A model generated the notes under the pieces. The model did no database searches. It had not been told where the DNA came from and saw only the letters and a program-made list of their open reading frames with translations. The position numbers were made by a program, and so were the translations under genes. A DNA stretch of 64,000 nt, taken from Callorhinchus milii (Eukaryota). Every line of letters starts with the position of its first letter. Position 1 is the first letter of the stretch. Below, in pieces: positions 1 to 13,340 of the stretch. The DNA is taken from assembly GCF_018977255.1 (NCBI RefSeq), contig NW_024704743.1, positions 38,132,001 through 38,196,000 of the forward strand. Direction: 5' to 3'.

Positions 1-649
1 TAAAAATAAGACTGTTGATATGCCTGGAAACTTTGTGTTTGGGACTGGAACAGAAATGGTGAGTACATTCAGGTTCAAAGCACAATATATGTTTTGGCGG
101 ATTTTTTTTGAAGTGATAGTTTTTGGAGCTTTTATAGCATTCAGCCTAATTTGTAAACTTCCTAAAAGAAGTGTTGGTGGTGCAAATCTGCCATTCATTT
201 TATTTTGCCTGATTTGGATTTCGATTCTTTTTTTATTGCACCTTCTACAAGTATATGCTGGTTGCTTTGTGTTTCTGTGCTAATTTACCGTGGCAGTGTT
301 ACACGACAGTATTACATTTCTGACATATACAAATTTGTGCTTTGATATGGGTTACAAACTGCCGGGCAAGATCATTACATGGATGATGGGAAGAACAGTT
401 GGTTTGTCCTGTGAAGACCCTTGGGGAGAAGGGGGAGGGTTGCTAGAGTGGCACATCTGTACTGGTAGCTGGGGGAGGGGGGGTGTTGTATGTACTGATG
501 GTATTTTTCTTCATTCATGATCACTGAATTATTTTACTCGCCTGCTTTGGTGAATATTGATTCACCATTGATCTTTATTTCTTCATCGTTATTCCCCCGC
601 CCCCATTTTATATTTTTTCTGTCTCCTTGGTTTTTACAATTTATACTCT

Positions 650-825
650 GAGATTATGCTTGTTTGTGGGACATTGCCGTATGCAAATTGACTGTTGGAT
701 TTGCCTACGAATGTAGTCACCACTCTTTACATTATAACCTGTGAAGTGCTAATGTAAAGTGTAGTGACTGTATCTTACAATACAAATGTAGGAAAGCCGC
801 AATATCCAAGGATTATTTATTATTA
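650..825 (+). mobile_element. Old degenerate SINE 3' fragment
   Basis: tgtttgtgggacattgccgtatgcaaattg...gtgaagtgct...caagggattatttattatt. Confidence 0.6.
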
Positions 826-1119
826 TGACCGGGGGTAGCACAGAGATGTACACAGGAACCACCAATACTTGCTGTGACCAGCCATTAAAGAGGAAGTTGG
901 GAATTTAGTGCAAACAGTTGACCAGGGATTTGGCCTGTGCTGTGCTGCAGATTTCAGTTTATGACTGAGGCAAGATTAGCAATTTACTGTCTGGGGAAAT
1001 CCCAGTGCAAATGTAATTTGAGTCTGGGATTAGAATTGCAGCCTTCTAGTCTGAGGCACAATGAGCAAACTCGTGCTTTTAGCAGTTTCCCCCCCCCCCT
1101 CTTATTCCGAAAGCATTGA

Positions 1120-1500
1120 CGCATGCCGGGTTATAATCCCACAGGTACCATGCACTCTCCAGTACCTCACCCATCATTTGTGAGCCAAATTAACAAGTAT
1201 CGGCAGACTAGCCGACCATGATGGGGTGGGAGGCAGGGGAGGGTTGTGTCATCACAGCTGAAATTTGTCTTCATTCATCCGACGTGCACAGACACATGCA
1301 CGCTTTCCAGCAGTAACTACAGAATGGTGATCAGAACAAGAGCAGGAATCCTTGGTCATATGATTTTCTCCCTCCAGCCCAGGAGGGCTAAGGTTAATTG
1401 TAGTTTTTTATGCGTATCCCTACTGAGATCAACTCTCACTCCACTCTGTGGAACATACCAAAGGTCAAACTTCTACCTTCCTGGTGTCTATGGCATTGTT
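1120..1500 (-). mobile_element. Older SINE-like dispersed repeat (related copies at ~23530-23810, ~26410-26560, ~35190-35380, ~40260-40430)
   Basis: Motifs shared among copies: tccagcagg...gatcagga..aggaa(c/t)cct.gctgatttt...g(g)ccaattgta...gagat(c)agct(a)actca. Family not identified. Confidence 0.6.
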
Positions 1501-2257
1501 TCACACTGGACAGTGACTTTATTAACTAACAGGGCATTTGATTGGTCCTAATATTGCATATGAATTTGTCATATTTTTAGAACTGGCATCAAATCTGTAA
1601 GTAACTTTAAGGCAGAGGAGAGAATTAATGGTTGTCATTTGGATCAATCTCCCTTTTAGCATTTAATGATCTCTTTTTCTGCTGAAGACAATGCAGCTGT
1701 GATGCTGGACCCAAGGGAGTGTGGTCTGTGGAAAGCAATTGACCATTCTTGAATAAGGAAGTATTTTGCTCTATCAACTTGGGGTAGGTCAGAGAAAACA
1801 TTTTCAGAACTTTCCCTACGATTAAATCTGTTTGTTAAAGAACACGATAGAATAGATTGCTCAGGCTTGCGATTGTCGTGGTCTTGATGTGCTGGATTTT
1901 CTCCAAATTTGCTCTTCCACAGCTCTTCCAAATTTACTTGTTCCTCCCTCACCCCATTTCATCAGTGGTGACAGGGCCTTCAATCACATTACTATTGCTT
2001 TCTGGAACTCTCTCCCAAAATCCTTTTACATGTTTCCTTCTCTCCCTATCTTCAAATCTTTTTTTAAAAAATTCCATCTCTGGTCAAATTCTCATTTCAC
2101 CATTGCCCGCTCATTGATCGTTGTGACGAGCTTTGAGACAATCATGTTGTGTGAAATGCACTGTAAAAGTCTTAAGATGTCATGTATGTTTGTTTTCCTA
2201 TTTTTTTTATTCTTGACAAGAATGTCCAAGATTGTGATTTCCATGTTTTCTTCTGAG

Positions 2258-2847
2258 TTGGCTTGGAGGCTTAATGGGTGCTGAGTAGGATGACTCCCTG
2301 CCCCCAGTGACTGATCTGCCCTTCCAGGTCCTGCCGATGAGGCGTGCTGTCATTAGCAGTGCCCTGGAATACTGTGGACCCGCCTGGCTCAGGAACTGGA
2401 CTATAGACTGCCACAGAGGACAGGCTCGAGTCCGACATTCTGTTGCCAGGCATGTCACCTTGGAGGCAGTTCAGCTCCAAGAAGATCCTGGAAGCCAAAT
2501 GGGTCGGGTGGTCCAAGCTGGACAAACAGCAGGAAAGCTTGCCAGACAGCAATATCAATGGCAAGCTATGCGGTTTTAGGTGGTTAGACGTCAGCAGTAC
2601 CCCAACGCACACTCTGGGGTCCCCAAGCCTTGACCCCTGCCAACCTGCACCTAATACTTTCCAGAATTAGGTAAGCAGGATGTGTCGCTCCAGGGAGAGA
2701 GTGCGCATTCCATTTCAACAATCTATTCCTGGGATTTCCATGTGTAGGTGGGATGCATGGAAATCTCAGCTTGGTTTGGATACTCTTAAGCATGGTGATG
2801 GGTTTCCGCATTCGTCAGACAGCCACACGGCTGAACCCCCAAAAAAA
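2258..2847 (+). mobile_element. A-tailed dispersed retroposon (unclassified family), copy with an inverted 5' segment
   Basis: 2492-2847 is colinear with the copy at 30120-30667 and ends in an A-run; 2258-~2490 matches the same copy in reverse complement. Confidence 0.8.
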
Positions 2848-5099
2848 TCTATGGAGTGAATGCCTGGTTTATTCATAAGGAAAAAGGGAAAATTTTTGCA
2901 CCGCACTAGCACAGATTTAATATGGGTTGTGTCAGTTGTTTCTGCCGCCCTATTCCCCCAAGGGATCCAGAATTTGGTCCATAAAATGTTAGCAAGTATA
3001 CCAGTCGCTGTTGTTATTGTACCCGTCAGGGGGTGAGTGAACTGGAAGGAGCTTGGTGTATCACTTTGCCTCTGATCATTTCTTGTTCTGATTCAAGTGA
3101 TCAGTCTTGCACATTAATCCTGGGCAGATTTTTAAGCATCTCGCTTTCCTGTTACTGCGATTTGGCCATTGGTCAGCCACCATCGTTCCAGTGACCCCAG
3201 CTGCTGCAGTCCAGGGATCAGCGGGATGGGGAATTTCATTAATAATAAATGCCTCCAGGGAGCTCTGTGCTAGTTTGCAGCTGTGCTCTGATGGAGGAGG
3301 TGGAGCCAGATTGTCTCCATGCCTGGCACGAGCTGACAACTGGTAAAAGGAGACTGATGTACTGGACAGAAATCCACACTTTGGCTTTGCTTAAAATGCC
3401 ATGGCTGACGTGGTATCAGAATCTTATCAAGTAGTAGTGTTGCTGGAAAATATTTGTTCAGAGCAGAAAGGGCACAAAAGTGCACACAAGTTATTCTTTT
3501 ACAGACAGCCCTATCCTTATTTTGTTCATTTACATGCTGACTGGGTTATATGAGTGCCTGGCGCTGGCAGTAGTATTCTCACTTCTTGAGTAAGAAGAGG
3601 GTTCGAGCCCCAAACTGCGATTTTGGCCCCTGAAAAAATGTTTTCCACAGTCCCTCTCAAATATGCTCTCATCTTTTGAACTTTTCTCTGTTTGGCCTTT
3701 GTCTGCAGTGACTTTGAATGGATAAATGCAAGTTATTATTACATTGTTAGAGGTGTTGTTCTTTGGATGACAAATTAAATCGAGCTCCAATCTGCCAGTT
3801 CAAGTAAACTATAAGCAACCCATGGCACTGTCCAAAAAGGGAGGGATGTTTTGTGGCATAGATACCTTTTTGAAAAGTTAATTTCCTCTTCCCATAAAGG
3901 TGTACCTTTTTATTATCCAAAACAGAAAGCAACTGGTTTCAGTAGTTTGCTGTAAGGCATTAAACGTTCTCTGCACTTTCACAAAGCTTTAATACCTACA
4001 CAGATGCTTATAATCATTGCTTGCCACATTACTGAAGATAAACAATTTATAAACAAATCCCAATGAATGTTTTTAGAACAGTATTTTTGTTCCAATTGTG
4101 CAAACAATCCGTTGTAGTCTTTGTTCAAATAGCTGAGGCTAATTAAATGTGCTCAAATATCTTCTGGCCTGTCAGATTCCATGTTTGTTGTTTTGTTCAG
4201 TAGACTGTAAATGTATCCCTCCCAAAACCTAATAGAGCATGAATTATGCAAATTGGTACAATATTTGATTGCATACTCATCGCTAGAGTGAGAAGGTGGT
4301 GGTTATGCTTCAGGTTGTTTCAGAAGATTACCTTGCCTGACCATTAATTTGACGTGCATATATAATATATGCTCTTATTTCCTTATGGCTCCGTATCTGT
4401 ATATTTGTCTCTCACAATATATCTCTTGTCCTCCACTGAGCTACGTGTGGCAAGGCTGGTAAGCAGGTTTGGCTCCTCATGTTGTTTTCTTCATCAGATT
4501 AGTTCTAAATTACATTACAATATGCTTATTCATGAGTTGGGCACTTGAATTCATAGGATTTTTTTATGCAAGAGACAAAGTTTGTGTGTGAAACAATGTG
4601 ATCATTTGGTTGTGTTAAAACTGATTTCTGAAAATTCACTGAATACTATCCAAGCTGAATTTTAAAAAAAAACATTAGGGGGGTAGAATGTGACTAAAAT
4701 ATTCAGGTTTGCTTGGTGGAGGAGGATTTACAATGAGTTTACAAAACAGAATCATTCGGTCTGGTTGTCTGTTTCTGTGTACACAGTCACCAGCAGCTGG
4801 CTGTACGTCAAAAGGGTATAACTTTTGAGAAACCTTACACAGATTATTCCTCCAGTTGTTGCCAGGAATCAGGCGCTTTTGACATTGAAGTTTAGGAAGT
4901 TTTCCAAGATGATGTGGGGGAGTTTTGTACTCTTTCTGATCCATGCTGTTAGCCTCTTCAGGGGAAGTGAATGGCTGAAACCTATGTATAGTGCTGTTTC
5001 ACCTCCTCCTTTATTTAGATATCAAGAGAGAAGTACAGTTTTTTTTCCAATTGATGCATTCACTACCCCCTCAAGCCATCCAGAGCCATAATACTGGAC

Positions 5100-5371
5100 T
5101 TGGCAATACCCACTATCATGTCTCATTGAGCACAATGTGACTTGCCACAGAAATGCCACAATTCTAACAGAATTGCCTACACCAAGTCTGTCCCTCTTGA
5201 ATCATGCAACACATCATTGATGAAAACATTGAATAAACAGGGTGATAGTGGACAACCTTGCTTTACCCCTTCCCTGCCTTCAAGAGGGATAGGTTCAGTA
5301 AGGCATGGGAGTAGTTGGATACAGGATGTAATTCTTAATTTTTGAGGCATAATTGTAAAAAAAACTTTCAA
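5100..5371 (-). mobile_element. Ancient non-LTR retrotransposon RT remnant (not CR1/L2 type)
   Basis: ORF 5177..5371 contains GVKQGCPLSPCLFNVFIND, an RT motif of the L1/Tx1/RTE-like QGCPLSP type, followed by a stop and decay. Confidence 0.7.
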
Positions 5372-6994
5372 ACATATTCAGCTCCAGTAGTGTACAGTCA
5401 ATTCTCTTTGTGAGAATTAAGAACTCCCAAGTAGAACAAAAGCATAAGTAAATATTGATTTGATTTTTGCTTGATTTTAAATTCCACTCCAGTTGTGTTT
5501 GCCATTGTAAAATGTATGACGAGTGTTTGAGACTTTATTGCATAAACATTGTGACTTGTTCCTACGGGCCTTAAATGATTTCAACTGTTATGGGCTCAAA
5601 GTTTATGGGAGATTTTATATTTATGGTGCTTTCCCTGTTCTGTTCCCTACCCCCATCATAACCACACATTGCCTTTATCACTGCATAAAGTAACCTAATT
5701 TCCGCCAACATTATTGATTTTTAACATTCTGTGATTCCATCCACCAAGGAGTGATCCTGTGTTCATCCACCAAGACATTGCTGCATAGATTTATTGTACA
5801 GTATAAAGCCATCACAAATATGCATGCAACATACAAGGAAGCATCTTTATTGTCCTTATTGTCATGCTAATGCTTACCTTTGTGCAAGGGTTCAGCCGAA
5901 GGTATTTGCGGGATGGATTTCTGAGTGAACGAATTATATCATACTTGTATCACTAAAATATGGTGCAACTGATGCACTGTGTTTTTATTCCATAGCTAAT
6001 ATATTCGGCTGTACATATGAGATCCTGCAGCTAGGTCTTTGTTGCTATGCGACTCAGTAAGATGTATTGATTAAGCGGAGTTTGACTTTTTGCTATGTGC
6101 TGAAGACATGAATAAACTGTCCAACCTTTTCATTCTCAAATTGTTTACTTGCGAAGCATGAGCTTCTTTTGTTGACTCTAGTTTTATTCAAGAGTTGCAT
6201 TATTTTGACCTTACAATGCGCAAAAAAAAAAAGCCAAAATGTAAAAAAAACTCAGAACTTCTAGTTGGGAAAGGTTTGGAATTTTGAGTGTGAGATGAAG
6301 ATAAATTGTGTTGGTTGTGAATAACTGTTTGTTTGCTTATTACTCTTTAGCCAAAAAATTTTTCAGAAACTTAGGTATTTTTATTTTAAAACATTATGTG
6401 TCATCAATGCAAGTGTTATTTTAAAAGAGTACCCTTAAGAACTTTAATTTTAAAAAGTGTTGAACATCTCCATTGATCCCTATAAGCTCCCACTTTTAAA
6501 TATTTGTATCACATGATGATAATAATAATCCTTGCATTATTATTTACATTGTATGAATTTTAGAGGTGTTCCTTTGTACAATAGTGTGAATATTTAAACC
6601 CATCAAAGGAAATGTATCATTTAGAGAACTGGTTGGATGTGGGTCTGAAGATTTTATATCATGTATAGTAGATACCCATTAGAATGTGCTTTGTTATAAC
6701 ATGGGTTCACTTGTAACGTGATTGGGTTCTGAACACTATTTTCTTACCTCAAAATCCTGACATTGAGTTCTCCAAATCCTTTGTCATACTTCAAACCGTG
6801 CTTGAAATCCTGTTGTCACGCTTCAAAGTGTTTTGAAATATGACAAAGCAACTTCAAACCAATGGAGCCAATTGGCGTATGTGCAGTGACGTGACTGGCT
6901 CGTGATCACATCCCCTTCCAAAACGAATTGTAATTTTAATGACCCCCATATACTGCCTTGTGACTGGGTCCTACAGTGCTAGTCAAGCATATGA

Positions 6995-7360
6995 TAACCT
7001 CATACAAATAAGGAGAATCTGTTTCCATTTGTGGAGGAGTCATTGACTTGGGGCCAAAGTTATAAGATGATGATTACCATAATGATGCATTATAAGATCG
7101 TCACAAGAAGAGGGAAAAGAGAGCTTAGGAGAATTTTTCCACTTAGAGTTGCTGGCATGGGGAGTGTACTACCATGTAAGGTGGTGGAGCATTGTGGTTT
7201 TCAAGAATGAAGTAGACAGGTATATCAAGGATAGAGCTTTGAGGGGTATGGGCATAGGGTAGGTCACTGGGATTCAAAAAAACATCTTGCTTTGAGAGTC
7301 AGTGCAGACTCGATGAGCCAAATTACCTACTTCTATGTTGTAAATTTTGATGTATCTATT
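6995..7360 (+). mobile_element. Degenerate CR1 3' end
   Basis: ctgtttcca...aggagaatttttcc...ggggtatggg...cagactcgatgagccaaattacctacttctatgttgtaa. Confidence 0.75.
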
Positions 7361-10236
7361 AACCCTACATGAATTTACAGACTTGAAATAACTCCTGTGA
7401 ATTATTACTTTTTAACCCTATGTTTTGTAATCATTGTAGAGTAGTTTTATCCAATCTGGTTTAGGTTTTCCTGTAGTAACCATCAAGCAATGTTTTCCCT
7501 CAGTTTATACACGATGCTGCCCCAATTAAAGGGTTAACAACTCTCTTGTGATCGTTGTAGATTAAAGGAGAAAATAAATGGGGAATAAGAATATGAAGTA
7601 TTTATATCAAAAGATAGTTCAAACAACTTTATGAACTATTTCTTCAAAGCGGCAAGTGCGGGGAGATGAGTGTTAAAGTGTTCATGTTTACCATAAGAAT
7701 TTCTGTTTCTGATGAATCCATTCGCAGACCATTGGATTGTCCAACATGAGAGTTGCCCCATACTAGTATGTTGCAGATTTTGTGTTTATTTATTTTGAAA
7801 TACTGTAAAACTAATCAGGCCCACAAAACTAGCCCGTTTCCTTAAAAGAAGGTGCAGAATGCACAGATTGCTGTTGTGGTGGCCAGATACCAGCAATAAA
7901 ATTCAAAAGTAAGAGCCCACAACTTTGGTGGGATTGGGACCAATCATAATTATTTCCTTCACATTAAATATGGATAGAATTATGCAAAACCACATTTGTG
8001 AATGCCTGAGATTTTTTTGTTCATCTAAATTCTTTTACAGTGTGTTCCTTATGCTTGAACATATTTTTAATTCCTAATACATCAGTGAACAATTCTGACT
8101 GCCATTCTGAAGGCACACCACATCTATAATGCCAAGCATATGATGTGGAGCTAGTTTTTGCCACAAAGCCTTTTTGTACAAGAATTGAAAGCCAACTGCA
8201 CAGATCAGTCTTTACCCGAACTGCCATGTTGTGACTGCTCAAATGGAGTATATTTGTGAACCAGATTTGAAGGCCTACATTCACTATGCTTTATGAAAAC
8301 TGCGCATTGCAAAGCTGAGCGTACAAATAAGTGAATCTGCTGAACGTGCTTAGACTAATGGAACCAGAGCCGAACACATGGCTAACATTGTTTGTGTAAA
8401 GGGTTAGAATTTTATTTTATGAAAAACTATTCTTTGTAATTAACATTGGAAATTCTTTGTCTGAATCTAACAAAGAAAGCATTTTCTACTGTATATTTGA
8501 GGAATGATGCCCGTTATGGCACAAACGTCTGTGCTGGTATCATCAACTTGCTAGCTTGTCAGTAAGAAGACTTGACTCACATTCAATCCTCTCCTGTACT
8601 GAATTCTGCATTTTAAAATCAAAACGCAAGCCTTCTCTTATAGATTACAGTATAAAATAGCACACCACACTAATGAAGTGTGGACACCCAAGACATTCAT
8701 TCCATGGTGCCCAGTTTGAATGGCACTAGCTGGTTGTGCTAACACAGTGTTGAAGGGAAATGGGGTGGGAGTGATGTAGTCAAGAGGAGGAAGAAATGTA
8801 TTCTATTGGTGTAAAACTTGAAGAAAGTGACTTTGTAGTATCTGATTGAAGGCAGATGGAATTGGTTACTTTAGCAATGGCTAGGTACTGTAATATAAAA
8901 TCACAGTGGGAGGAAAAAAGGAGCACAAGACTGAATGAATGATTCCTTATCACTGTTGCAGCCCTCAGACCTCTCAAAAGCCTGGCACCTGTCCAGCTCA
9001 TTTAATGTTGCTGTACATGCACCGTAAAATGGACACTGAATTATGGAAAATAATTCCATGTGCCAATTGTAGATCTTTGTCGTGCTCTTGCAGACTTGGA
9101 AGGTTGAAATTCGTTGCAGTTTTTATAAAACACTTGAGCAGCTGTGTGGAAATCCTGATCCAAACTGGCCACACTTCTGTGGTATGGAAACCCTCAGAAA
9201 TATCTGAATGTGCAGCATTGATAAACAGATGACTCTACAGTTCTCTGTGAGACTTATATTTTAATAGTTCAGGGATGTTTGGGAGTATGGTCTCATAGCA
9301 TTTGCCCTCAATCTGAAATTCCTTTTTGAATTGCTTTGAAAAACTGAAAACTACTGCAGAATGTGCCATAATTTCATGGCCAGCGTAGCAAGTTAAAAAG
9401 AAACCTTTGCATGAGCCTTCAAATAGAGGGCTAGATTTTTGTAGTTTTATGAAAGCTACTACTTTGCTATTGGTCTGTGCAAATCTAGTTTACATTCTCT
9501 GACTATTTTGCACATGCAAAATCTTCATTTATTTAGTGATAATAAACATAACTGTGATGAGGAATATGGGATAGTGAGTATTAGGGGGAAAAAATAATAC
9601 TATATCTAGGATTATTGCAGGACAGTAAAGGGAATAGATCCTGTAACTGTGATGATAATGTGATCAAGGATAGTGAATATAAAGGAAGCCATTATGATAC
9701 TATGATGAGGCAATAAATATGAAACAAACAATGAACAGAACTTTAATAGGAATGTAGAATGAGTAATTCTCATAATCAAGCATATGTCATTCACAACTGC
9801 AATGGAGGTGTGATACCTAGGGATTATTGTTCTAAGTAATCCTATATTCTGGTTGATAAGAACAGATGTGATTGTGAAATCTTACTTCATTATTTTCTGT
9901 CATGTCACTGCTGTTTTGCATGCTGCAGGTAGTAAAGCGGGAAAATCATCGATACAAATCCATGTTCCACTGCTTGCTGGTGCTCTCATGTCGTTTTACA
10001 TACGGTATAGACTATTTTAAAAATGGGTATTTTGTCTCGTAGATGAGGAGTCTTGTACAAGTTCTGTGGTAAATAATTTTGATGCACTTTGATTCAGCCT
10101 CTGCTCATATCTTCTGGTATGTCCACATCATTGGAACAGCTGCAAACCTCAATGTGGGTTTTGAGGAGTCCCAAGTATTTGCCTGAAAAGACGTTTGCAA
10201 GGATGTCGACCTGATTCTTGAATGTATTGTATAATT

Positions 10237-10461
10237 CTGGGTGGTCCGACTGGCGGCCCGTGGGCCAGATGCGGCCCCTTGGCCAGTTTTATACACCCCA
10301 CTCCCCAATTCCTTTCATTTCATCTTGCCCACACGCTCCCTCCATAACCCAGAAATCTTATGTTTCTGGAAGGGAAATACAAAAATATTGCTTATGCGGC
10401 CCACAGGCGTTTCTCACATAGGGCACCCGCTACTCAGCAGCCAAATGGTTGGACCACCCTG
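10237..10461. mobile_element. hAT (Charlie-like) MITE, ~225 bp
   Basis: TIRs c(t)gggtggtcc(g)ac ... gttggaccaccctg, with subterminal gcggccc repeats. Confidence 0.78.
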
Positions 10462-10534
10462 ATGTAGATAGTTCAATGTTAACTGGTTAAATTTGACTTA
10501 CGTTACAATTTGTTTCCAAGGGCACTGGAGGGGC

Positions 10535-10910
10535 GCTTCTTACTTATCTAATTCCGGAAAGTATTAGGCGCAGGGTGTCCAAACCAGAATGAGAATTCCA
10601 TGCATCCTACCTACACATGGAAAATCCAGAGATCATTTATTGGGATGGAATGCCACTCTCTTCCTTGAAGGGACACATCCTGCTTATTGAATTCCAGAAA
10701 GTATTAGGTGCAGGTTGGCGCGAGCCAAGGCTCGGGGACCCCAGAGTGTGCATTGGGGTAAGTGCTGGAGACTAACCAGCTAAAACTACGTAGCTTGCCA
10801 TTGAGAGCATTGCTTGTCCAGTTTGGACCACCCTGCCCGATAGGACGTTGGCTTGCAGGGGCAATGGCAGCTGAGTGGCACACACACCAATTTAACCTTT
10901 CCATGCAGCC
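10535..10910 (-). mobile_element. A-tailed retroposon family copy (with a short internal duplication)
   Basis: aattcc(a/g)gaaagtattagg(t/c)gcagg occurs twice; ggggaccccagagtgtgcattgggg. Confidence 0.78.
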
Positions 10911-11669
10911 CTGACTGAGTCCAGCAAATTAAGTATTGACAGGGACTCAAAACAGTGAGCTCCTAGTTTCCAATTTTAGGGTTTAACTGTTAGCGAGGTC
11001 AACCGCAGCTACTTTTACACACAAGGAACACTAAGTACTTCCTAAGGAAGTGTTCTCAACAATTGTTTGTTGTGGAAAACAGAAGTTCAGTCACTTTTGG
11101 TAGGAGATTAGCATATGTTTTGGAGATCAGTTGCTAACACTTAGAGATCCAAAATATTCAAATGCTTATCTGGATTGGGGGGTGGGCCTTATTCCCCACG
11201 TTGAATGATTTACAGGGGATAAAACTGTTGATGTGAGAATTTTTTTGCAGTTTGAATAAAAAAGCAATCATGTTGTGACATTCCAAATAAGCAAAGTTTG
11301 ACCTCACTTAGAATAACATTGCCTGATGGATAAATGACAGTCAATGAATGACAATAAATTACAATATATATTAAATGAATTGGAGAAGTCCTATTGTGAA
11401 CCAATACCAGATTTCTATAGTATGACATCAATAACTAACGGAATGATTTGTACTTTTCAACAAGTTGTTTCCCTTCAGGAATTTCTTGCAGATCTCTAAT
11501 ATGCAGAAAATCTTTGGCCATGGTTCAGTTTAAACAAAGCTAGTCCTTTTGAGTTTTAAGCGTTGCTGCCTCACAGGTGAGGCCTATTTTACATGTTCTG
11601 TGGGGACACTGAGGAAAGCCAGGAGCTGGACTTCATATTTTGAATTGCCTTTGTTGCCACAGTAAAGAA

Positions 11670-12020
11670 ATAACGTTTTATAGTGCTGCATGTGACAATG
11701 TCTCAAACCACTCTTCAGTAATTATTTTTAAGTATAGTGATATAGTGATGTTTTTGGATGGCAGTCATCCTGCACACAGTAAGGTCTTGCAAACATCCAT
11801 AAAGTGAATGACATTAATTTGGAGGATTGTTGGCCAGTAGGAGGAGGCAGGTGAGACCTTGGTTTAATGTCCCATCCAAAAGATGTAGATGCCCTCTGCC
11901 CCAGCACGACACTGGAATGTCAGCCTTTGGAGTTAGAGTTGAGTTCAAGTTCTGATTTAGGGTTTGAATCTCACAACCAGCTGACTCAAAGGTTAGAGTG
12001 TTATCTAATGACCCAGGCTT
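11670..12020 (-). mobile_element. Degenerate Deu-domain SINE
   Basis: ccttggtttaatgtcccatccaaaaga...cactggaatgtcagcc is the reverse complement of the core at 12989. A tRNA-like head remnant lies at ~11960-12020. Confidence 0.65.
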
Positions 12021-12988
12021 ACCCTTGGTATTAATCAGCTCTACTAACTAAAGAGAATGTTTTTAATACATTCAAATTTATTTCTCCAAAATAAACTCTC
12101 ATGTGAAATTAATTATACAATACAAATACTTTTTTTTGCAGAGTATTTGCATCTTTTAAAAGTTTTGTAAGTACTGTACAACAACTTGCATTTATAGAGC
12201 ACCCTTCATGCAGGGTAGCATGTTGGACCACTTACTGTATCTTGAGTTGGTGCTGATGAACTATTTTTCTCGCAAAGTGCCAAATGGACCATGGAGTGCA
12301 AGATCTCCTGTTATTGTGCCTGTATTGAATGAGCATCTGGGTGCTTATTGGATTGCTTTCCCTGCTGTGCTGGGGCAAGCTGTTGGAATGAAAGCTTTAG
12401 GGGAAAACGGTAGTTGGCACATTTGAAACAGATGGAAGTAGGTGTAGACAGCTAGGGTGGAAATGCCTTGAGAATGAGAAATCCTTGTACAAACTAAAGC
12501 ATGGCGAAGGCACTGCACACCTACTTAACTCTTCAGGGAAAATTGGTGTCACAAGTATAGCTGTTATCTGTAACATGCCTTCTTGCTAATATTCCAAAGG
12601 TGAATTCCATTTATTGTCACTGAAAATGTAAGTGATGTTTATTGTGCATCAGATGATAAACTGCCAGTTGTTATCATTTGTGCAGGACTAACATTATCTT
12701 CCCAAAATTGAGAGTCTCTTGGCAAAGTTTCTACTCTTTTCTGGACATGAAGACAAACACGTTATTTGCTGACAGTGCAGAGTACGTTTACCCAACATAG
12801 TATGTTTGTTGATAAACTTTTATTTCTTGGTTGTTATTTTATGATTGTAATAACAGAGGAAATGTTTCTCTTTGGATTGTGTAGGTTTTGTCAAAACAGT
12901 ATTAAATGATTTGCACGTTCAGCATCATTTAGGCTTTTTTTTTACAAAATCAACTGGATATTGTTAAGAATGTCATATATTCTATTCT

Positions 12989-13340
12989 AGGCTGACACTC
13001 CAGTGCAGTACTGGGGGAGGGTGCTGCATTGTTGGAGGGGCTGTCCTTCAGATGAGACATCAAACTGAGGTCTTGTGTCCTTGTTTAGGTGATCGTTAAA
13101 GTTCCCATAACACTATTTAAAAAGAGAAGGAAATTTCTCCCGGTATCCTAGCCAACACCCACCCCCCCCAAATAGAATTGGTCATTTACTTCATGGATTT
13201 TATTTTCTGTTGTGCAAATTGGTTGCAACTTTCACCCGCAAAATATACAATCACATCACTTTATAGTATATCCTGTGAAGCTCTTTGAGATGTCCTCCTG
13301 ATGTGAAAGGTGCTATATCAAATGCAAGGATTATTATTAT
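12989..13340 (+). mobile_element. Deu-domain SINE (AmnSINE1/SacSINE1-like)
   Basis: gctgacactccagtgcagtactggggg...gtccttcagatgagacatcaaactgagg resembles the recalled Deu core (GTCTTTCGGATGAGACGTTAAACCGAGG). It is followed by the shared L2-type tail and (ATT)n. Confidence 0.8.
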
